A DNA stretch of 64,000 nucleotides. Origin: Omnitrophica WOR_2 bacterium RIFCSPHIGHO2_02_FULL_50_17 (GTDB taxonomy: Bacteria > Omnitrophota > Gorgyraeia > Zapsychrales > Zapsychraceae). Below the pieces are notes generated by a model. The model was not told the DNA's origin, did not search any database, and saw only the letters and a program-made list of their open reading frames with translations. Positions 17,370 through 28,054 of this stretch are shown in pieces; the first letter of the stretch is position 1; every line of letters starts with the position of its first letter. The stretch is taken from the NCBI GenBank assembly GCA_001805645.1, contig MHGQ01000032.1:267-64266 (forward strand), read 5' to 3'. A program made the position numbers and the translations under genes.

Positions 17370-17508
17370 ATCAACACTTTAAAAAACTTCCTTGCGGCTT
17401 TGCGTCAACCCTTCGACGCTCCCAGGCCTAAAGGCAGGGGTTTGCTCAGGGTGATACTGAGCGGCGCCCTTAACCCGCCCTTAACGGGGGTTGGCGCCGT
17501 CGAACGTA

Positions 17509-19101
17509 TCAAGTAAGCTGATCCTCTTTAGCGGCCATATCAAGAAACTGTTTAATGCGCCGGGAACGTGTCGGATGACGCAATTTGCGCAACGCCTTGG
17601 ACTCAATCTGGCGCACGCGCTCGCGGGTGACGTTAAATTCACTCCCCACTTCCTCCAGGGTGCGGGTTGTCCCGTCGTGAATGCCAAAACGCAGTTCCAG
17701 GATCCGGCGTTCCCGTTCATCCAGGGTATTGAGAACACCCGCGATCTCATCTTTGAGCATCGACTGCAGAGTCGCATTCGCCGGTGAGATGGCCTTTTTA
17801 TCCTCGATGAAATCCCCGAAATGGGTATCCCCCTCATCGCCGATGGGCGTCTGAAGGGAAATCGGCACCTGGGAAATTTTCAGGATCTCCTTGACCTTGC
17901 TGACAGGGATCCGCATTTGCTTGGCGATTTCCGGCGCGCTTGGCTCACGGCCATATTCCTGCACAAAAAAACGCGAGACACGGATGATTTTATTAATCGT
18001 CTCGGTCATATGAACAGGAATTCGGATCGTTCGTGCCTGATCGGCAATCGAGCGGGTGATGGCTTGACGAATCCACCACGTCGCATAGGTGGAAAATTTA
18101 TAACCTCTTTTGTATTCAAACTTTTCGACCGCACGGATAAGCCCCATATTTCCTTCCTGGATCAAATCCAGGAACGAAAGGCCGCGATTAATGTATTTTT
18201 TAGCGATACTGACAACCAATCTCAAATTGGCTTCAACCAGAAGTTTTTTGGCCTTATTGAACTTGGCCTGCCGCAACTTAATAATCCGAAGATCTTCCCG
18301 CAGATCCCGCCGAGGCTGCCCCAACTCCTTCAGAAGCATCATTTTCTTGCTGCGGAGCTCTTTCACATTCAGCACTTTCTTTTTCCCTTTCAAAATCCTT
18401 TCAATCTTCTCCGCCCGGTCCATCATCTCTTTGATCTCGGAGACGATTCTTTCATTAAAGGAAGCGACCAGTTTGAATTGAGAAAGGATGACGGCAGACT
18501 TCTCCGAACCAACCTTTGTGCGAGTGACCTCCTTCTTGATCCGCTCAAGTTCGCGCACCAGCTTCGGACGCCGCTCCAACTCGTCTTTAATCACGTCCTC
18601 GACATTTATTTCCTCATTGAGGACATGATGAATGATATCCAGAGCCGCCTTACGGGCATAAACGGTTTTATACAGCGCCTGGGCGAATTTAATCTCAGCC
18701 TCCTCAATACGCTTGGCCAGATTGATTTCGTTTTCCCTGGAGAGCAAAGGAATCGATCCCATCTGCTTAAGATACATCTTGACGGGATCGTCCAAGGGGA
18801 TAAATTTCTCCGAATAAACGTCTTCTTCTTTGCTCTCCTCGCGCAGACGCCGCACCTCCTGCTCCCGGGATTCCTCTTCGAGTTTTTCTGTAATATCTAA
18901 ATCCTCTTCCTCTTCCTCAACAATCTTGATATCCTGACCGTCGAGGATGTCAAAAACCTTATCAATATCCTCAGAGGAATGCACGTCCTCCGACAGGATT
19001 TCGTTGACATCCGTATAGGTAAGAAACCCTTTTTTCTTGCCCATCTCCACTAATTTATCAATATCCTGCTTCATAATGTTCTGAACTATGGGCTGTTTCA
19101 T
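17509..19101 (-). CDS. rpoD: RNA polymerase sigma factor RpoD (sigma-70)
   Basis: Regions 1.2-4.2 recognisable: [52 protein letters not shown]..., [30 protein letters not shown]. The plus ORF 17821-18900 is its antisense artifact. Confidence 0.97.
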   Translation of the reverse strand: MKQPIVQNIMKQDIDKLVEMGKKKGFLTYTDVNEILSEDVHSSEDIDKVFDILDGQDIKIVEEEEEDLDITEKLEEESREQEVRRLREESKEEDVYSEKFIPLDDPVKMYLKQMGSIPLLSRENEINLAKRIEEAEIKFAQALYKTVYARKAALDIIHHVLNEEINVEDVIKDELERRPKLVRELERIKKEVTRTKVGSEKSAVILSQFKLVASFNERIVSEIKEMMDRAEKIERILKGKKKVLNVKELRSKKMMLLKELGQPRRDLREDLRIIKLRQAKFNKAKKLLVEANLRLVVSIAKKYINRGLSFLDLIQEGNMGLIRAVEKFEYKRGYKFSTYATWWIRQAITRSIADQARTIRIPVHMTETINKIIRVSRFFVQEYGREPSAPEIAKQMRIPVSKVKEILKISQVPISLQTPIGDEGDTHFGDFIEDKKAISPANATLQSMLKDEIAGVLNTLDERERRILELRFGIHDGTTRTLEEVGSEFNVTRERVRQIESKALRKLRHPTRSRRIKQFLDMAAKEDQLT

Positions 19102-19114
19102 GTTCGATGAACCC

Positions 19115-20899
19115 TCATTTCCTGATACATTGGTTAAATTGCCGTGTCAAGGCATCCACGCGTCCGGCATCGCCGGCTGTCTCGGCCTCTTGAATCTGCT
19201 GCAGGAGCTGCTGCCTCTGCCATTTGAGCCGGTCATGTTTGATCCGGCCGATGCAATCATCATACATCTTCTCCCAATTACCGCGTATCTCCTCTTCGGC
19301 AACAAGTCCCGACAGCATCTGTTGGATATCGAGATCCTCAAAACTACTGATCAAGCTTCCGGCATCGATTTTGCGGCCCTGCTCAAATAGTGCAAATATC
19401 TTTGTAAGGACAGAACGGATCTGTGCGTCCCGAAAATCCGAAAGAGTTACCTCTACCCTGGCCTTCGGGATAACATCTTCTTTCTCAAGAATCAATTTGA
19501 GAAGGCTGCGCTCCACCGTCCGTGCCCGCGCCTGATTGCCAGCAGCCTGCCCACGGATTCGAGCAGAGATCCTCTGAGAGAGCGTCTGGCCGACCTTGTT
19601 ATACTCCTGAATAAGAATCTGTTCGGGCACATCCAGGATCTGGGCAAGCCTTTTAATGTATTCCGCCTTGATCAACTCGTTCTTATAATGATAGACCGAC
19701 GGCAGCATCTCCCCGGCAATCTTGGCCTTACCCTCGGCGCTCTCTTTATCAAAACGCTTAGAAAGAATAGTCAATTTATAATCAAAAAACTTCTGGGCAT
19801 TGGCAATCCTTTCCCGGAAAGCCTTCGCGCCATACCGGCATACAAAGGAATCGGGATCTTCCCCTGCCTCAAGAGTAGCGACCTTCACCTCCATCCCTTC
19901 CTCCAAAAGGATGTCGAGACTGCGCATCATCGCGGCCTCCCCGGCGGGGTCCATATCAAAAAGCATCACCACGTTATGAGTATAACGACGCAGCAAACGG
20001 ATTTGCTCGACGGTCAAGGCGGTCCCCAGCGAGGCCACCACATTATCAACACCGGCCTGATAGGGAATAAGGCAATCCATATACCCCTCGACAATAACCA
20101 CAGAATCCCCTTCGGCAATAGCCTGCCGGGAGAGATGAAACCCGTAGAGATGATGCCCCTTGGTGTAAATAATCGTCTCCGGTGAATTAAGGTATTTTGC
20201 CCCTTGTCCCTCGGCGCCAGAGTCTTCCACGGCGCGCGCCCCAAAGGCACGGCAATGCGCCCGTGTATCAAAGATCGGGAACATGATACGGTTGCGGAAA
20301 CGATCGTAATAACCCCGCCCGCCCTCCCGCGGGATAATGAGCCCGGCTTTTTCCATGAGACTTAAAGGGATCCCTTCGTTTTTCAAGTAAGCCAACAGGG
20401 CATCCCAGCGGTCAGGCGCCAACCCCATCTGAAATTTATGAATTGTCTCCTGCCCGACTTCCCTCCGGCGTAAATAGTCGAGGGCTTTTTTTGTCGTTGG
20501 TGACTGATCAGAGAGCAGGATCTTATGAAAAAAAATAACCGCTAAGGCATTAACCCGCAGTATGGCCTGGCGGACATTCGCCGTATGGGGCTCGGAGGTA
20601 TCGGCGCTGGGAATAAGGACATTGACCCTCTGGGCAAGAAAACGGACCGCCTCGGGAAACTCCATATGCTCCTGCTTCATGATGAAGCTCACAACGTTGC
20701 CGCCGGCCCCGCAGCCAAAGCAATGAAATATCTGTTTGTCCGGATTGACGATAAATGAAGGCGTCTTCTCGTTATGAAAAGGGCAGCATGCCTTAAAATT
20801 ACGCCCCACCCGTTTAAGCGGAATATACGAGGATACCGCCTCAACGATATCGCATCGGTCAACAACCTGAGAAATGATCTCTTCAGGGATAAGCGCCAT
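19115..20899 (-). CDS. dnaG: DNA primase DnaG
   Basis: Zinc ribbon [38 protein letters not shown] domain EGYMDCL...DMDPAG; dnaG-rpoD adjacency is conserved. Confidence 0.95.
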   Translation of the reverse strand: MALIPEEIISQVVDRCDIVEAVSSYIPLKRVGRNFKACCPFHNEKTPSFIVNPDKQIFHCFGCGAGGNVVSFIMKQEHMEFPEAVRFLAQRVNVLIPSADTSEPHTANVRQAILRVNALAVIFFHKILLSDQSPTTKKALDYLRRREVGQETIHKFQMGLAPDRWDALLAYLKNEGIPLSLMEKAGLIIPREGGRGYYDRFRNRIMFPIFDTRAHCRAFGARAVEDSGAEGQGAKYLNSPETIIYTKGHHLYGFHLSRQAIAEGDSVVIVEGYMDCLIPYQAGVDNVVASLGTALTVEQIRLLRRYTHNVVMLFDMDPAGEAAMMRSLDILLEEGMEVKVATLEAGEDPDSFVCRYGAKAFRERIANAQKFFDYKLTILSKRFDKESAEGKAKIAGEMLPSVYHYKNELIKAEYIKRLAQILDVPEQILIQEYNKVGQTLSQRISARIRGQAAGNQARARTVERSLLKLILEKEDVIPKARVEVTLSDFRDAQIRSVLTKIFALFEQGRKIDAGSLISSFEDLDIQQMLSGLVAEEEIRGNWEKMYDDCIGRIKHDRLKWQRQQLLQQIQEAETAGDAGRVDALTRQFNQCIRK

Positions 20900-21456
20900 T
20901 ATGGCTTGATTCCTCCTGTCAGCCGGAGAACCTTGGTATTCACCGGTTCCTCTGGGAAAAAAGGACGAATAACCGCCGTATAAGCGGCCTCATACACGCG
21001 TGCAGAAACATTTTGCAAAACAGGCTGACTGAGGGAACTTTGAATATGCTGATTTATATAGCTGTTATTCCAAAGGATAAGCGCCAACAAAAACAAACCG
21101 CAAGCCAGATAACTCGTTAACAAAGAACACAGGGCGCCTGCCCATTTATTGAGCGCCGATTTTACCTCGACCTTAAAGATGATCAGCCATCCTTCCCTAA
21201 TAAGAAAGGAAAAAAGAATGGCCGCTATCATCAAAATCGTGAAGCTGAGGGATTCCTGAGTCTTCTCAGGGATAAATAATTTCTTTGTCAAAAACCCCGC
21301 GAAAGAAAGATAATAATGCAATATGACAAATGTCGCACAAACAATCCCTATAAGCCGAAACAACTCCGCCATAAAACCGGTTTTCGCGCCAACATAAAAA
21401 CTCCTGACCACCGCACCCAACATCAATATATCGACAAGATTAAAATTCAACGTCAC
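20899..21456 (-). CDS. cvpA: CvpA family membrane protein (colicin V production protein-like)
   Basis: 185 aa with 4 TM segments; N-terminal LVDILMLGAVVRSFYVGAKTGFMAELFRLIG resembles the CvpA pattern. 1-nt overlap with dnaG start. Confidence 0.65.
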   Translation of the reverse strand: MTLNFNLVDILMLGAVVRSFYVGAKTGFMAELFRLIGIVCATFVILHYYLSFAGFLTKKLFIPEKTQESLSFTILMIAAILFSFLIREGWLIIFKVEVKSALNKWAGALCSLLTSYLACGLFLLALILWNNSYINQHIQSSLSQPVLQNVSARVYEAAYTAVIRPFFPEEPVNTKVLRLTGGIKP

Positions 21457-21665
21457 GGATATATTCCTGCGGGAAAATGTTGGCTAAAAAATAAATGTGC
21501 GTTGTACCCCTAAAGACGAGCGATTTCCTGACCAGACAGAATGGGTAGAAGTATAACATACAGACACAGGACTGTCAAGGAAGCGCTACCACACTCAAAT
21601 AGAACATAACCTGTTTGTTTTCAATAAGTTCTAAATCTTTTGTCCAAGCCTATTCTGGAATGGCC

Positions 21666-21694
21666 TTGACATTCCCCCTTGAAGATGCTATCTT
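21666..21694 (+). promoter_or_regulatory. Putative sigma70 promoter for the GGDEF gene (TTGACA-17-TATCTT)
   Basis: ttgaca(21666-21671) ttcccccttgaagatgc tatctt(21689-21694). The predicted TSS at ~21701 favours the downstream ATG (21740) as the real start. Confidence 0.35.
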
Positions 21695-21739
21695 TCATTA
21701 ATGAATATACGCTCCACAGCAGATACGCAAGAAAAAGAG

Positions 21740-22939
21740 ATGTCCATGCATTTAACTATGGAAGAAAAGCATCTTATCCATATACAAAGCCTGCAAGAGA
21801 AACTGAGCCGGGCCAACAGAGAACTGGCGGTACTCTATGAGATCAGCAACGCTATGCGCACCACCCTCGACCTGAACCATATCCTTTATATCATTCTCAC
21901 CTGTGTCACCGCCCATACCGGCCTTGGATTCAACAGGGCCATCTTGTTTCTCGTCAATTCCAAAGAGCGCTGTCTGGAGCCGCAGATGGCCATCTGCCCC
22001 GAATCAGGAGAGCATGCCCAGAAAATCTGGCAATATATTTCCCTCACAAAACCGCACCTGGAGGATCTGATCAAAGAAGAAAATATCTCCCCGGACATGA
22101 CTCAGTCCTCCCTGCTGCAATCGGTTAAAAAGTTAAGAATCCCTTTAGAAATCAACAGTCCGAGCCTGTTGGCAAAAGCCTTCCATGAGGGTGCCCCTGT
22201 CCACATCACCCCGCAGGAAATCAACCGCTACAGCGACGACGTATTATTGCAGACATTCAAGACCAACGAGCTGGTCATCATGCCTCTTAAGGCAAAAGAC
22301 AAGGTCAACGGCCTCATTATCGCCGACAACCTCTACACCCAGAAACCCGTCACCCAGGATGATCTACGGATGTTTGTAATGCTGGCCAACCAGGCGGGAC
22401 TGGCCATCGAAAACTCCCATTTGTACGAAATGGTCCGCCAGAAGAGCCGCACCGATGCCCTCACGCATTTATGGAATCACGGTTTCTTTCAGGACCAACT
22501 GACAAAAGAAATCGATATGTCCCAACTGACACATCATCCCTTAAGCCTTATGATTCTCGATATGGATGACTTTAAGAAGCTCAACGACACCCACGGACAC
22601 CAAAACGGAGATTGTATCTTGAAAGAGATAGCCTATCTCCTCAAAGATTCATCGAGGGAGAATGATTATGTCTGCCGCTACGGCGGGGAGGAATTCTCCA
22701 TCATCCTCACGCAGACCCATAAAGAACAGGGGATGACCATTGCCGAGCGGCTCCGTCAGAGAATCGCCGGCCATCCTTTCCGGATATCCTGTGCCGAACA
22801 GCCGCTTAAGGTAACCGTCAGCATTGGACTGGCTGTTTTCCCCGATGACGCTCAGACAAAAGAAGAATTAATCACCAAGGCCGACAAGGCCATGTATATC
22901 GCCAAATTCAGCGGTAAGAATCAAACCTGTCCGATTTAA
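21740..22939 (+). CDS. Diguanylate cyclase: N-terminal GAF-like sensory region + C-terminal GGDEF domain
   Basis: Active-site RYGGEEF, plus DMDDFKKLNDTHGHQNGD and I-site-like region. It is the only plus-strand gene in the window. The ORF-track start 21701 is possible, but 21740 (MSMHLT) fits the promoter. Confidence 0.88.
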   Translation: MSMHLTMEEKHLIHIQSLQEKLSRANRELAVLYEISNAMRTTLDLNHILYIILTCVTAHTGLGFNRAILFLVNSKERCLEPQMAICPESGEHAQKIWQYISLTKPHLEDLIKEENISPDMTQSSLLQSVKKLRIPLEINSPSLLAKAFHEGAPVHITPQEINRYSDDVLLQTFKTNELVIMPLKAKDKVNGLIIADNLYTQKPVTQDDLRMFVMLANQAGLAIENSHLYEMVRQKSRTDALTHLWNHGFFQDQLTKEIDMSQLTHHPLSLMILDMDDFKKLNDTHGHQNGDCILKEIAYLLKDSSRENDYVCRYGGEEFSIILTQTHKEQGMTIAERLRQRIAGHPFRISCAEQPLKVTVSIGLAVFPDDAQTKEELITKADKAMYIAKFSGKNQTCPI

Positions 22940-22960
22940 GCTCCCCAAGCCGCCGCTCCT

Positions 22961-25900
22961 TTAGGCCGCCACTAGGGCCGCCTCTTCTTCCTTTTTCTTT
23001 TCATCGGAGAACTTCACCGACACAATCCGCGAGACACCCGTCTCCGGCATCGTGATCCCATACATGATATCGGCACTGGCGATAGTTTTCTTATTGTGCG
23101 TAATCACAATAAACTGGGCGATCTTCGCGAACTCCTTCAGGAGATAACTAAACCGTGCGACATTGGAATCATCAAGGGCGGCATCGATCTCATCCAGCAC
23201 GCAAAACGGACTCGGCTTGACCCTAAAGACACCGAAGATAAGGGCGATAGCTGTTAAAGTCTTCTCCCCTCCCGAGAGCAAGCTGATATTCTGCAGCTTT
23301 TTCCCCGGCGGCCGGGCAATGATGTCAATGCCGGACTCCAGGACATTCTCGGGATCAAGCAAAACTAACTGTGCCTCGCCTCCGCCAAAAAGCATACGGA
23401 AATAAACACGAAACTCCTCTCCTACCTTCGTGAAGGTATCCATGAATATCTGGTGCGTCGAGCGGTTAATTTTGCTGATGGTAGTCATCAACTGCGACTT
23501 GGCCTCCAGCAAATCGCTCTGCTGTTTGGTGAGGAATTCAAAGCGTCCTTTCAACTCTTCACATTCCTCAATCGCCACCAGATTCACGCTGCCGAAAGAA
23601 TCGCATCGCCTCCTCAGACGCTCAATCTCCCTGACAATTTCCTCTTCGTTCAATGCCTCTGGCGTCTCCTGCCCCCCGGCGACTGCCCCACCTTGCGAAG
23701 GCGGCGGGCCAACCACATCGTCAAGATTGATTCTATACGTTTGCTGAAGGCGATCCTTGATGCCCTTTTCCTTGAAACTTAACTCCTGCCCTTTCAATTC
23801 CTGATCATGAAGAAGCTGTTGGACACGATTCCTTCCCTCCTCAAGACCGGCAATGCCAGAACGCAGGCTGCCTATGCACTGAACCAAATCCTGTTTCTGG
23901 CATTCGTAATCGGCCAACGTCCCCTTGAGGGATTCCTGACCGCGCCGGACATTCTCGATCTTCTCCATCAAGGCCTGATTTTCCAATGCCGCCTGGGCCT
24001 TGCGCCCCTCGCTGGACGCTATCTCGTCATCAATCTTTTTGATTTCTTCAAGCCAACTGTCGAGATCCTTCGAAAACATCTCCAAATGTTCGCAGGAGGT
24101 CTCCAACTTGTCCTTTTGAGATTCCCGTTCAGCCTCCATCTGGGCAATGGCAACCGTGATCTCTTCTTTCTCCTGGGACTTCGCGGCGATCCACGCCTGC
24201 TTATTCTTAATATCATTCTGGCACCACTCAATATCCTGATTGACGGTATCCAGCTGGTAAGTCAGCTCTTCCTCACGTTTCTTAACCGCCGATAAAACAG
24301 CTTCCACCTCACCTAATTCTGAGGCGATGAGCTCCAACTCTTCCTGCAGTTGATGCGACTTCTCCAAGAGATCGTTATGCTGGGCATTAAAGACCGAGAA
24401 GACCTTTTCTTGGCCATGAATATTCTGCTGAATATCCTTGTAAAGTTTAGCCTCGTCTTCGATCTTGGCGATATACGCGTCTTTTTCTGTGCTCAATTGA
24501 TCAATCTCCAGATTAATCTCTTCTATTCTTCTGGAGATCTGCTGAGGATCAAGCTCGATAAACTTGGTCTCACAGACGATCTCATACAATTGCTGAACGT
24601 CATTCTTCGCCAGGATATTCTTTAAAAATTCAAACTTCCCGTTGCCCGTTGCATGAACCTCCTTGACCTTGCCGATGATGCCGGTGTGATGATTCAGAGG
24701 CTGCGTCTGCGTAATGAGACGCCCCTCCACAACCGGGTCAGGGATATCTTGGTATTGAACATTGAGTTTCTCGATAAAATCTTTCTGGGATTTATAAAAC
24801 AAACCCTTTTTTTCCAACTCATCAATTCTCTGGCTTAAACCGGCCATCTCACCCCTTAGTCGGTCTAACAGGGCACCCTGATTTTCCCTGTCCCCTTCCA
24901 AGCCGCGGATAATCCCCTCTAGACGGTGGATCTCTGCGTCCAAATTCTGCAATTTGTGTTTTAAGCCGTCCACTTCGACACCGACCTTCCCCCGCTCAAT
25001 CTCCAGGCGGCGCTTCCTGGCAAGCGCCCCTTGAATTTCTTTCATGACATCCGTCAGCTCGTTGCGGACACTCACCTGCTGGGAAGTGAGGGGCAATATT
25101 CTCTCCTCATTCTCGACAATCTTATCCTTGGCCTCTTGGACTGACCCTTCCATCCGGGATAAAAGAACCCGCTTTTCTTTCAAATTCTGCTGGCGGGACT
25201 GCAAGGTTTCCTGAACGAGGGCCACCCCCTCTTTTAACTCTTCGATCTTTTCCTGCTGGGTACGGCAGCGCGTGATCAGATGTTCTTTTTGCTCTTTAAA
25301 TTTTTGGTTATGCCCGTCAATGCCGGCGATGCGCTCTTCATTAAATCCGATATGACGGTTGTTCAAATCGATCTGTCCCTCCAGCCTGATCTCTTCGGCA
25401 TGCAAACCATTGATCTTGCCTTCCAGTTCTTCCCAAAGATCAGTCCTGCCGGTTAATTGATCCGCATGCTCCTCTAGCTGCCGGCTTATTTCCTGTTCCT
25501 CTCCTTTAAGCTCCTCCATCCTGGCGCCGACGGTTGCCCGTTCATGCCCCAGCGCATTCAACTGGTGTTGGGTCCATTGAACTTCCAGCTTCTCCAACTT
25601 TTCAAACTCCTCTTTGTATTTTCTGGCCTTATCGGCCTGACGCTCGATGGAGGCAATCTGCCGCTTGACCTCGACAATAATATCGTTGATGCGCAAAAGG
25701 TTGTTCTCTGTGTCCTTAAGCTTGTTTAACGCCTCTTTCTTCTTGACTTTATATTTGGTGATCCCTGAGGCCTCATCAAAAATCATACGCCGGTCTTCCG
25801 GCCTGGCGCTCACGACCAAATCAACCTTTCCCTGCTGAACCAAAGAATAAGCCTCGGCCCCGATGCCCGTTCCCATCAACAACTCCTGGATATCCCTTAA

Positions 25901-26260
25901 GCGCACAACCGTCTTATTGAGAAGATACTCGCTTTCACCGGAGCGAAACAATCGCCTCGTCATCGTAACCTCATCGTATTCGATAGGAAGCATGCGCGCA
26001 TCATTGGCAAAAGTCAGGCTGACCTCAGCAAATCCCAAAGAGGCCTTCTGAGCTGTTCCATTGAAAATGACATCTTCCATGGAGCTCCCGCGCAGATCCT
26101 TGGTGCTCTGTTCCCCCAGTACCCATCGAATGGCGTCAAAGACATTGCTTTTCCCGCATCCGTTAGGACCAACGATGGCTGTTATGCCCGGCTCGAAATT
26201 AAGGATGGTCTTATCCGCGAACGACTTGAACCCAAAGATCTCCAACTTTTTAAAATGCAT
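22961..26260 (-). CDS. smc: Chromosome segregation protein SMC
   Basis: MHFKKLEIFGFKSFADKT...GPNGCGKSNVFDAIRWVLGEQS (Walker A), long coiled coils, hinge, and C-terminal LSGGEKTLTAIALIFGVF...CVLDEIDAALD. The ATG at 26260 is preceded by GAGGAG; the ORF-track start 26317 is over-extended. Confidence 0.95.
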   Translation of the reverse strand: MHFKKLEIFGFKSFADKTILNFEPGITAIVGPNGCGKSNVFDAIRWVLGEQSTKDLRGSSMEDVIFNGTAQKASLGFAEVSLTFANDARMLPIEYDEVTMTRRLFRSGESEYLLNKTVVRLRDIQELLMGTGIGAEAYSLVQQGKVDLVVSARPEDRRMIFDEASGITKYKVKKKEALNKLKDTENNLLRINDIIVEVKRQIASIERQADKARKYKEEFEKLEKLEVQWTQHQLNALGHERATVGARMEELKGEEQEISRQLEEHADQLTGRTDLWEELEGKINGLHAEEIRLEGQIDLNNRHIGFNEERIAGIDGHNQKFKEQKEHLITRCRTQQEKIEELKEGVALVQETLQSRQQNLKEKRVLLSRMEGSVQEAKDKIVENEERILPLTSQQVSVRNELTDVMKEIQGALARKRRLEIERGKVGVEVDGLKHKLQNLDAEIHRLEGIIRGLEGDRENQGALLDRLRGEMAGLSQRIDELEKKGLFYKSQKDFIEKLNVQYQDIPDPVVEGRLITQTQPLNHHTGIIGKVKEVHATGNGKFEFLKNILAKNDVQQLYEIVCETKFIELDPQQISRRIEEINLEIDQLSTEKDAYIAKIEDEAKLYKDIQQNIHGQEKVFSVFNAQHNDLLEKSHQLQEELELIASELGEVEAVLSAVKKREEELTYQLDTVNQDIEWCQNDIKNKQAWIAAKSQEKEEITVAIAQMEAERESQKDKLETSCEHLEMFSKDLDSWLEEIKKIDDEIASSEGRKAQAALENQALMEKIENVRRGQESLKGTLADYECQKQDLVQCIGSLRSGIAGLEEGRNRVQQLLHDQELKGQELSFKEKGIKDRLQQTYRINLDDVVGPPPSQGGAVAGGQETPEALNEEEIVREIERLRRRCDSFGSVNLVAIEECEELKGRFEFLTKQQSDLLEAKSQLMTTISKINRSTHQIFMDTFTKVGEEFRVYFRMLFGGGEAQLVLLDPENVLESGIDIIARPPGKKLQNISLLSGGEKTLTAIALIFGVFRVKPSPFCVLDEIDAALDDSNVARFSYLLKEFAKIAQFIVITHNKKTIASADIMYGITMPETGVSRIVSVKFSDEKKKEEEAALVAA

Positions 26261-26276
26261 AATCAGCTCCTCGTTT

Positions 26277-26462
26277 TTAGGTGGTTTCTTGTTGTTTACC
26301 GTCGAGCCATGTGTCAATCTTTTCTTTCTTAAACCGCCATTGCCCTACCGTTTTAATGGCAGGAATCTTCCCCTTCTTAAGCCATTCATAGATAGTCCTC
26401 CTCTTCACGCGAAGATATCTGGCCACCTCATCAATTGTCATCAATTCCTGAAAATGCAGCAT
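26277..26462 (-). CDS. Small HTH_17/excisionase-family (MerR-superfamily) DNA-binding protein
   Basis: MTIDEVARYLRVKRRTIYEWLKKGKIPAIKTVGQWRF is the Xis/AlpA-type winged HTH signature. It ends 17 nt upstream of the smc start. Confidence 0.7.
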   Translation of the reverse strand: MLHFQELMTIDEVARYLRVKRRTIYEWLKKGKIPAIKTVGQWRFKKEKIDTWLDGKQQETT

Positions 26463-26831
26463 AAAATCTCTTCTCTAATAATGTATTGGGAATCTGCGAG
26501 ATACATCAATCGCAATTAGCAATCAACAACAAGCTTATTCACTTTATTACACGACTTTTCATGTGTCAACAATTTTATCAATTTTTTTATATATTAATCA
26601 TAAAATCTTCTATCTTTGTCAAAACAATTCATTTAAGTTCAATAATATCATTATATTGTCATTAAAAGGCAAGAATCTACATATTTATAGCAAAATGACC
26701 TGAAATATAGTCAACCAATGCTATATATTTACAGATGATACATTAAACTTACATATTATAACATCACGGGTTGGAAAAGGTGTGCAGGAAAGTACGGCCG
26801 TGGCATTGATACCGGGAGGAATGCAAAATCC

Positions 26832-28031
26832 TTAAGCGGCTGAGATGAGCCTCTGTTCGTAGTCGACATCCGCAGCATAATCGACCCCTTCAAACCCAAA
26901 GCCAAAGAGCTTCAGGAATTCTTTGTGATACCCTTCCATATCGGCAAATTGAGCTAAATTCTTATCGTTAAGTTTTTCCCAATTGGCACGAACCTGGGAT
27001 TGGACATCCTTGCGCACTTCCCAGTCATCCATGCGGATAAGCCCCTTTTCATCGACCGGGATGGGCCCTCCAGCATAGAGACGAGTCGAAAAGAGGCGGT
27101 AAACCTGGGCAATGCAGTCCTCGTATACGCCTTTTTCCTTCATAACCTTATTCAGCAAAACAAAATAAAGCGGAATAACCGGTATCGCTGAACTCGATTG
27201 GGTGACAAGGGCCTTATTGACCGAGACCAATGCCCTCCCTCTTATTTTTTTCATCCGTTTATCCAATTCATGCGCCGTGGCTTCCAGATGATCCTTGGCC
27301 CTGCCGATTGTGCCATTACGGTAAATACTTTTCGTGATCTCCGGCCCTATATAAGAATAGGCAACCGTGACAACACCCTCCTCCAAAAGTTTTTCTCTTT
27401 CGAGGGCGTCCATCCAATATTCCCAATCCTCGCCACCCATCACGGAAATGGTCTGATCAATCTCCTCCTGCGCGGCCGCTGGCAGCGTAACGGTCTCAAG
27501 CGTGCTGGTCGTGACATCCAAAGACATGCTGGTATAAGAGGCCCCAATGGGTTTAAGGACAGCTTTAGCGACCTGCCCTGTCTTCGGGTGCTGACGCCGG
27601 GGGGCTGCCACGCTGTAAACAACCAAATCCACCTTTCCTAAATCCTTTTTGATAAACCCTATAACCGCTGCCTTTGCCTCGTCGGAGAAGGCATCGATAT
27701 TGAGACTCTTGGCATAGAGGCCGGTTTTTTGGGCCTTTTGTTCAAAGGCAACCGAATTATACCACCCGGCAGAGGCGGTCCGATTGTTTTCTGCCTCCTT
27801 TTCCAGGAAGACACCTATGGTGGCGGCCTGGCATCCGAAAGCCGTCACAACGCGTGAGGCCAGGCCATAACCGGTGGATGCCCCTATCACCAAAACCTTT
27901 TGGGGTCCGTTTTTCATCAATCCACGATTTCGGACATAATCTATCTGGTCCTGAATATACTTGGCGCAACCTACCGGATGGGCTGTCGTGCAGATAAATC
28001 CCCGGATTCTCGGCTCTATAATCATATTCAC
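26832..28031 (-). CDS. fabV: Enoyl-[acyl-carrier-protein] reductase FabV (NADH-dependent trans-2-enoyl-CoA/ACP reductase)
   Basis: MNMIIEPRIRGFICTTAHPVGCAKYIQDQIDYV...VLVIGASTGYGLASR... and ~400-aa length are typical of FabV. Confidence 0.9.
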   Translation of the reverse strand: MNMIIEPRIRGFICTTAHPVGCAKYIQDQIDYVRNRGLMKNGPQKVLVIGASTGYGLASRVVTAFGCQAATIGVFLEKEAENNRTASAGWYNSVAFEQKAQKTGLYAKSLNIDAFSDEAKAAVIGFIKKDLGKVDLVVYSVAAPRRQHPKTGQVAKAVLKPIGASYTSMSLDVTTSTLETVTLPAAAQEEIDQTISVMGGEDWEYWMDALEREKLLEEGVVTVAYSYIGPEITKSIYRNGTIGRAKDHLEATAHELDKRMKKIRGRALVSVNKALVTQSSSAIPVIPLYFVLLNKVMKEKGVYEDCIAQVYRLFSTRLYAGGPIPVDEKGLIRMDDWEVRKDVQSQVRANWEKLNDKNLAQFADMEGYHKEFLKLFGFGFEGVDYAADVDYEQRLISAA

Positions 28032-28054
28032 TCCTCACAAGTTAGCGGGATGGC

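Noticed and set aside
17821-18900. 359-aa plus-strand ORF antisense to rpoD (and the nested 18110-18481 ORF)
   Set aside because: It lies entirely inside the strongly supported rpoD CDS on the opposite strand. The translation is low-complexity (L/F/R-rich) with no motifs, a typical shadow ORF of a GC-balanced gene.
22940-22960. Bidirectional terminator between convergent GGDEF and smc genes
   Set aside because: Only 21 nt separate the two stops, and no convincing stem plus U-tract is present.
26463-26830. AT-rich spacer as a possible replication origin
   Set aside because: No DnaA-box-like 9-mers (TTATCCACA or close variants) and no dnaA/dnaN nearby. I kept it as a promoter or insertion-boundary finding instead.
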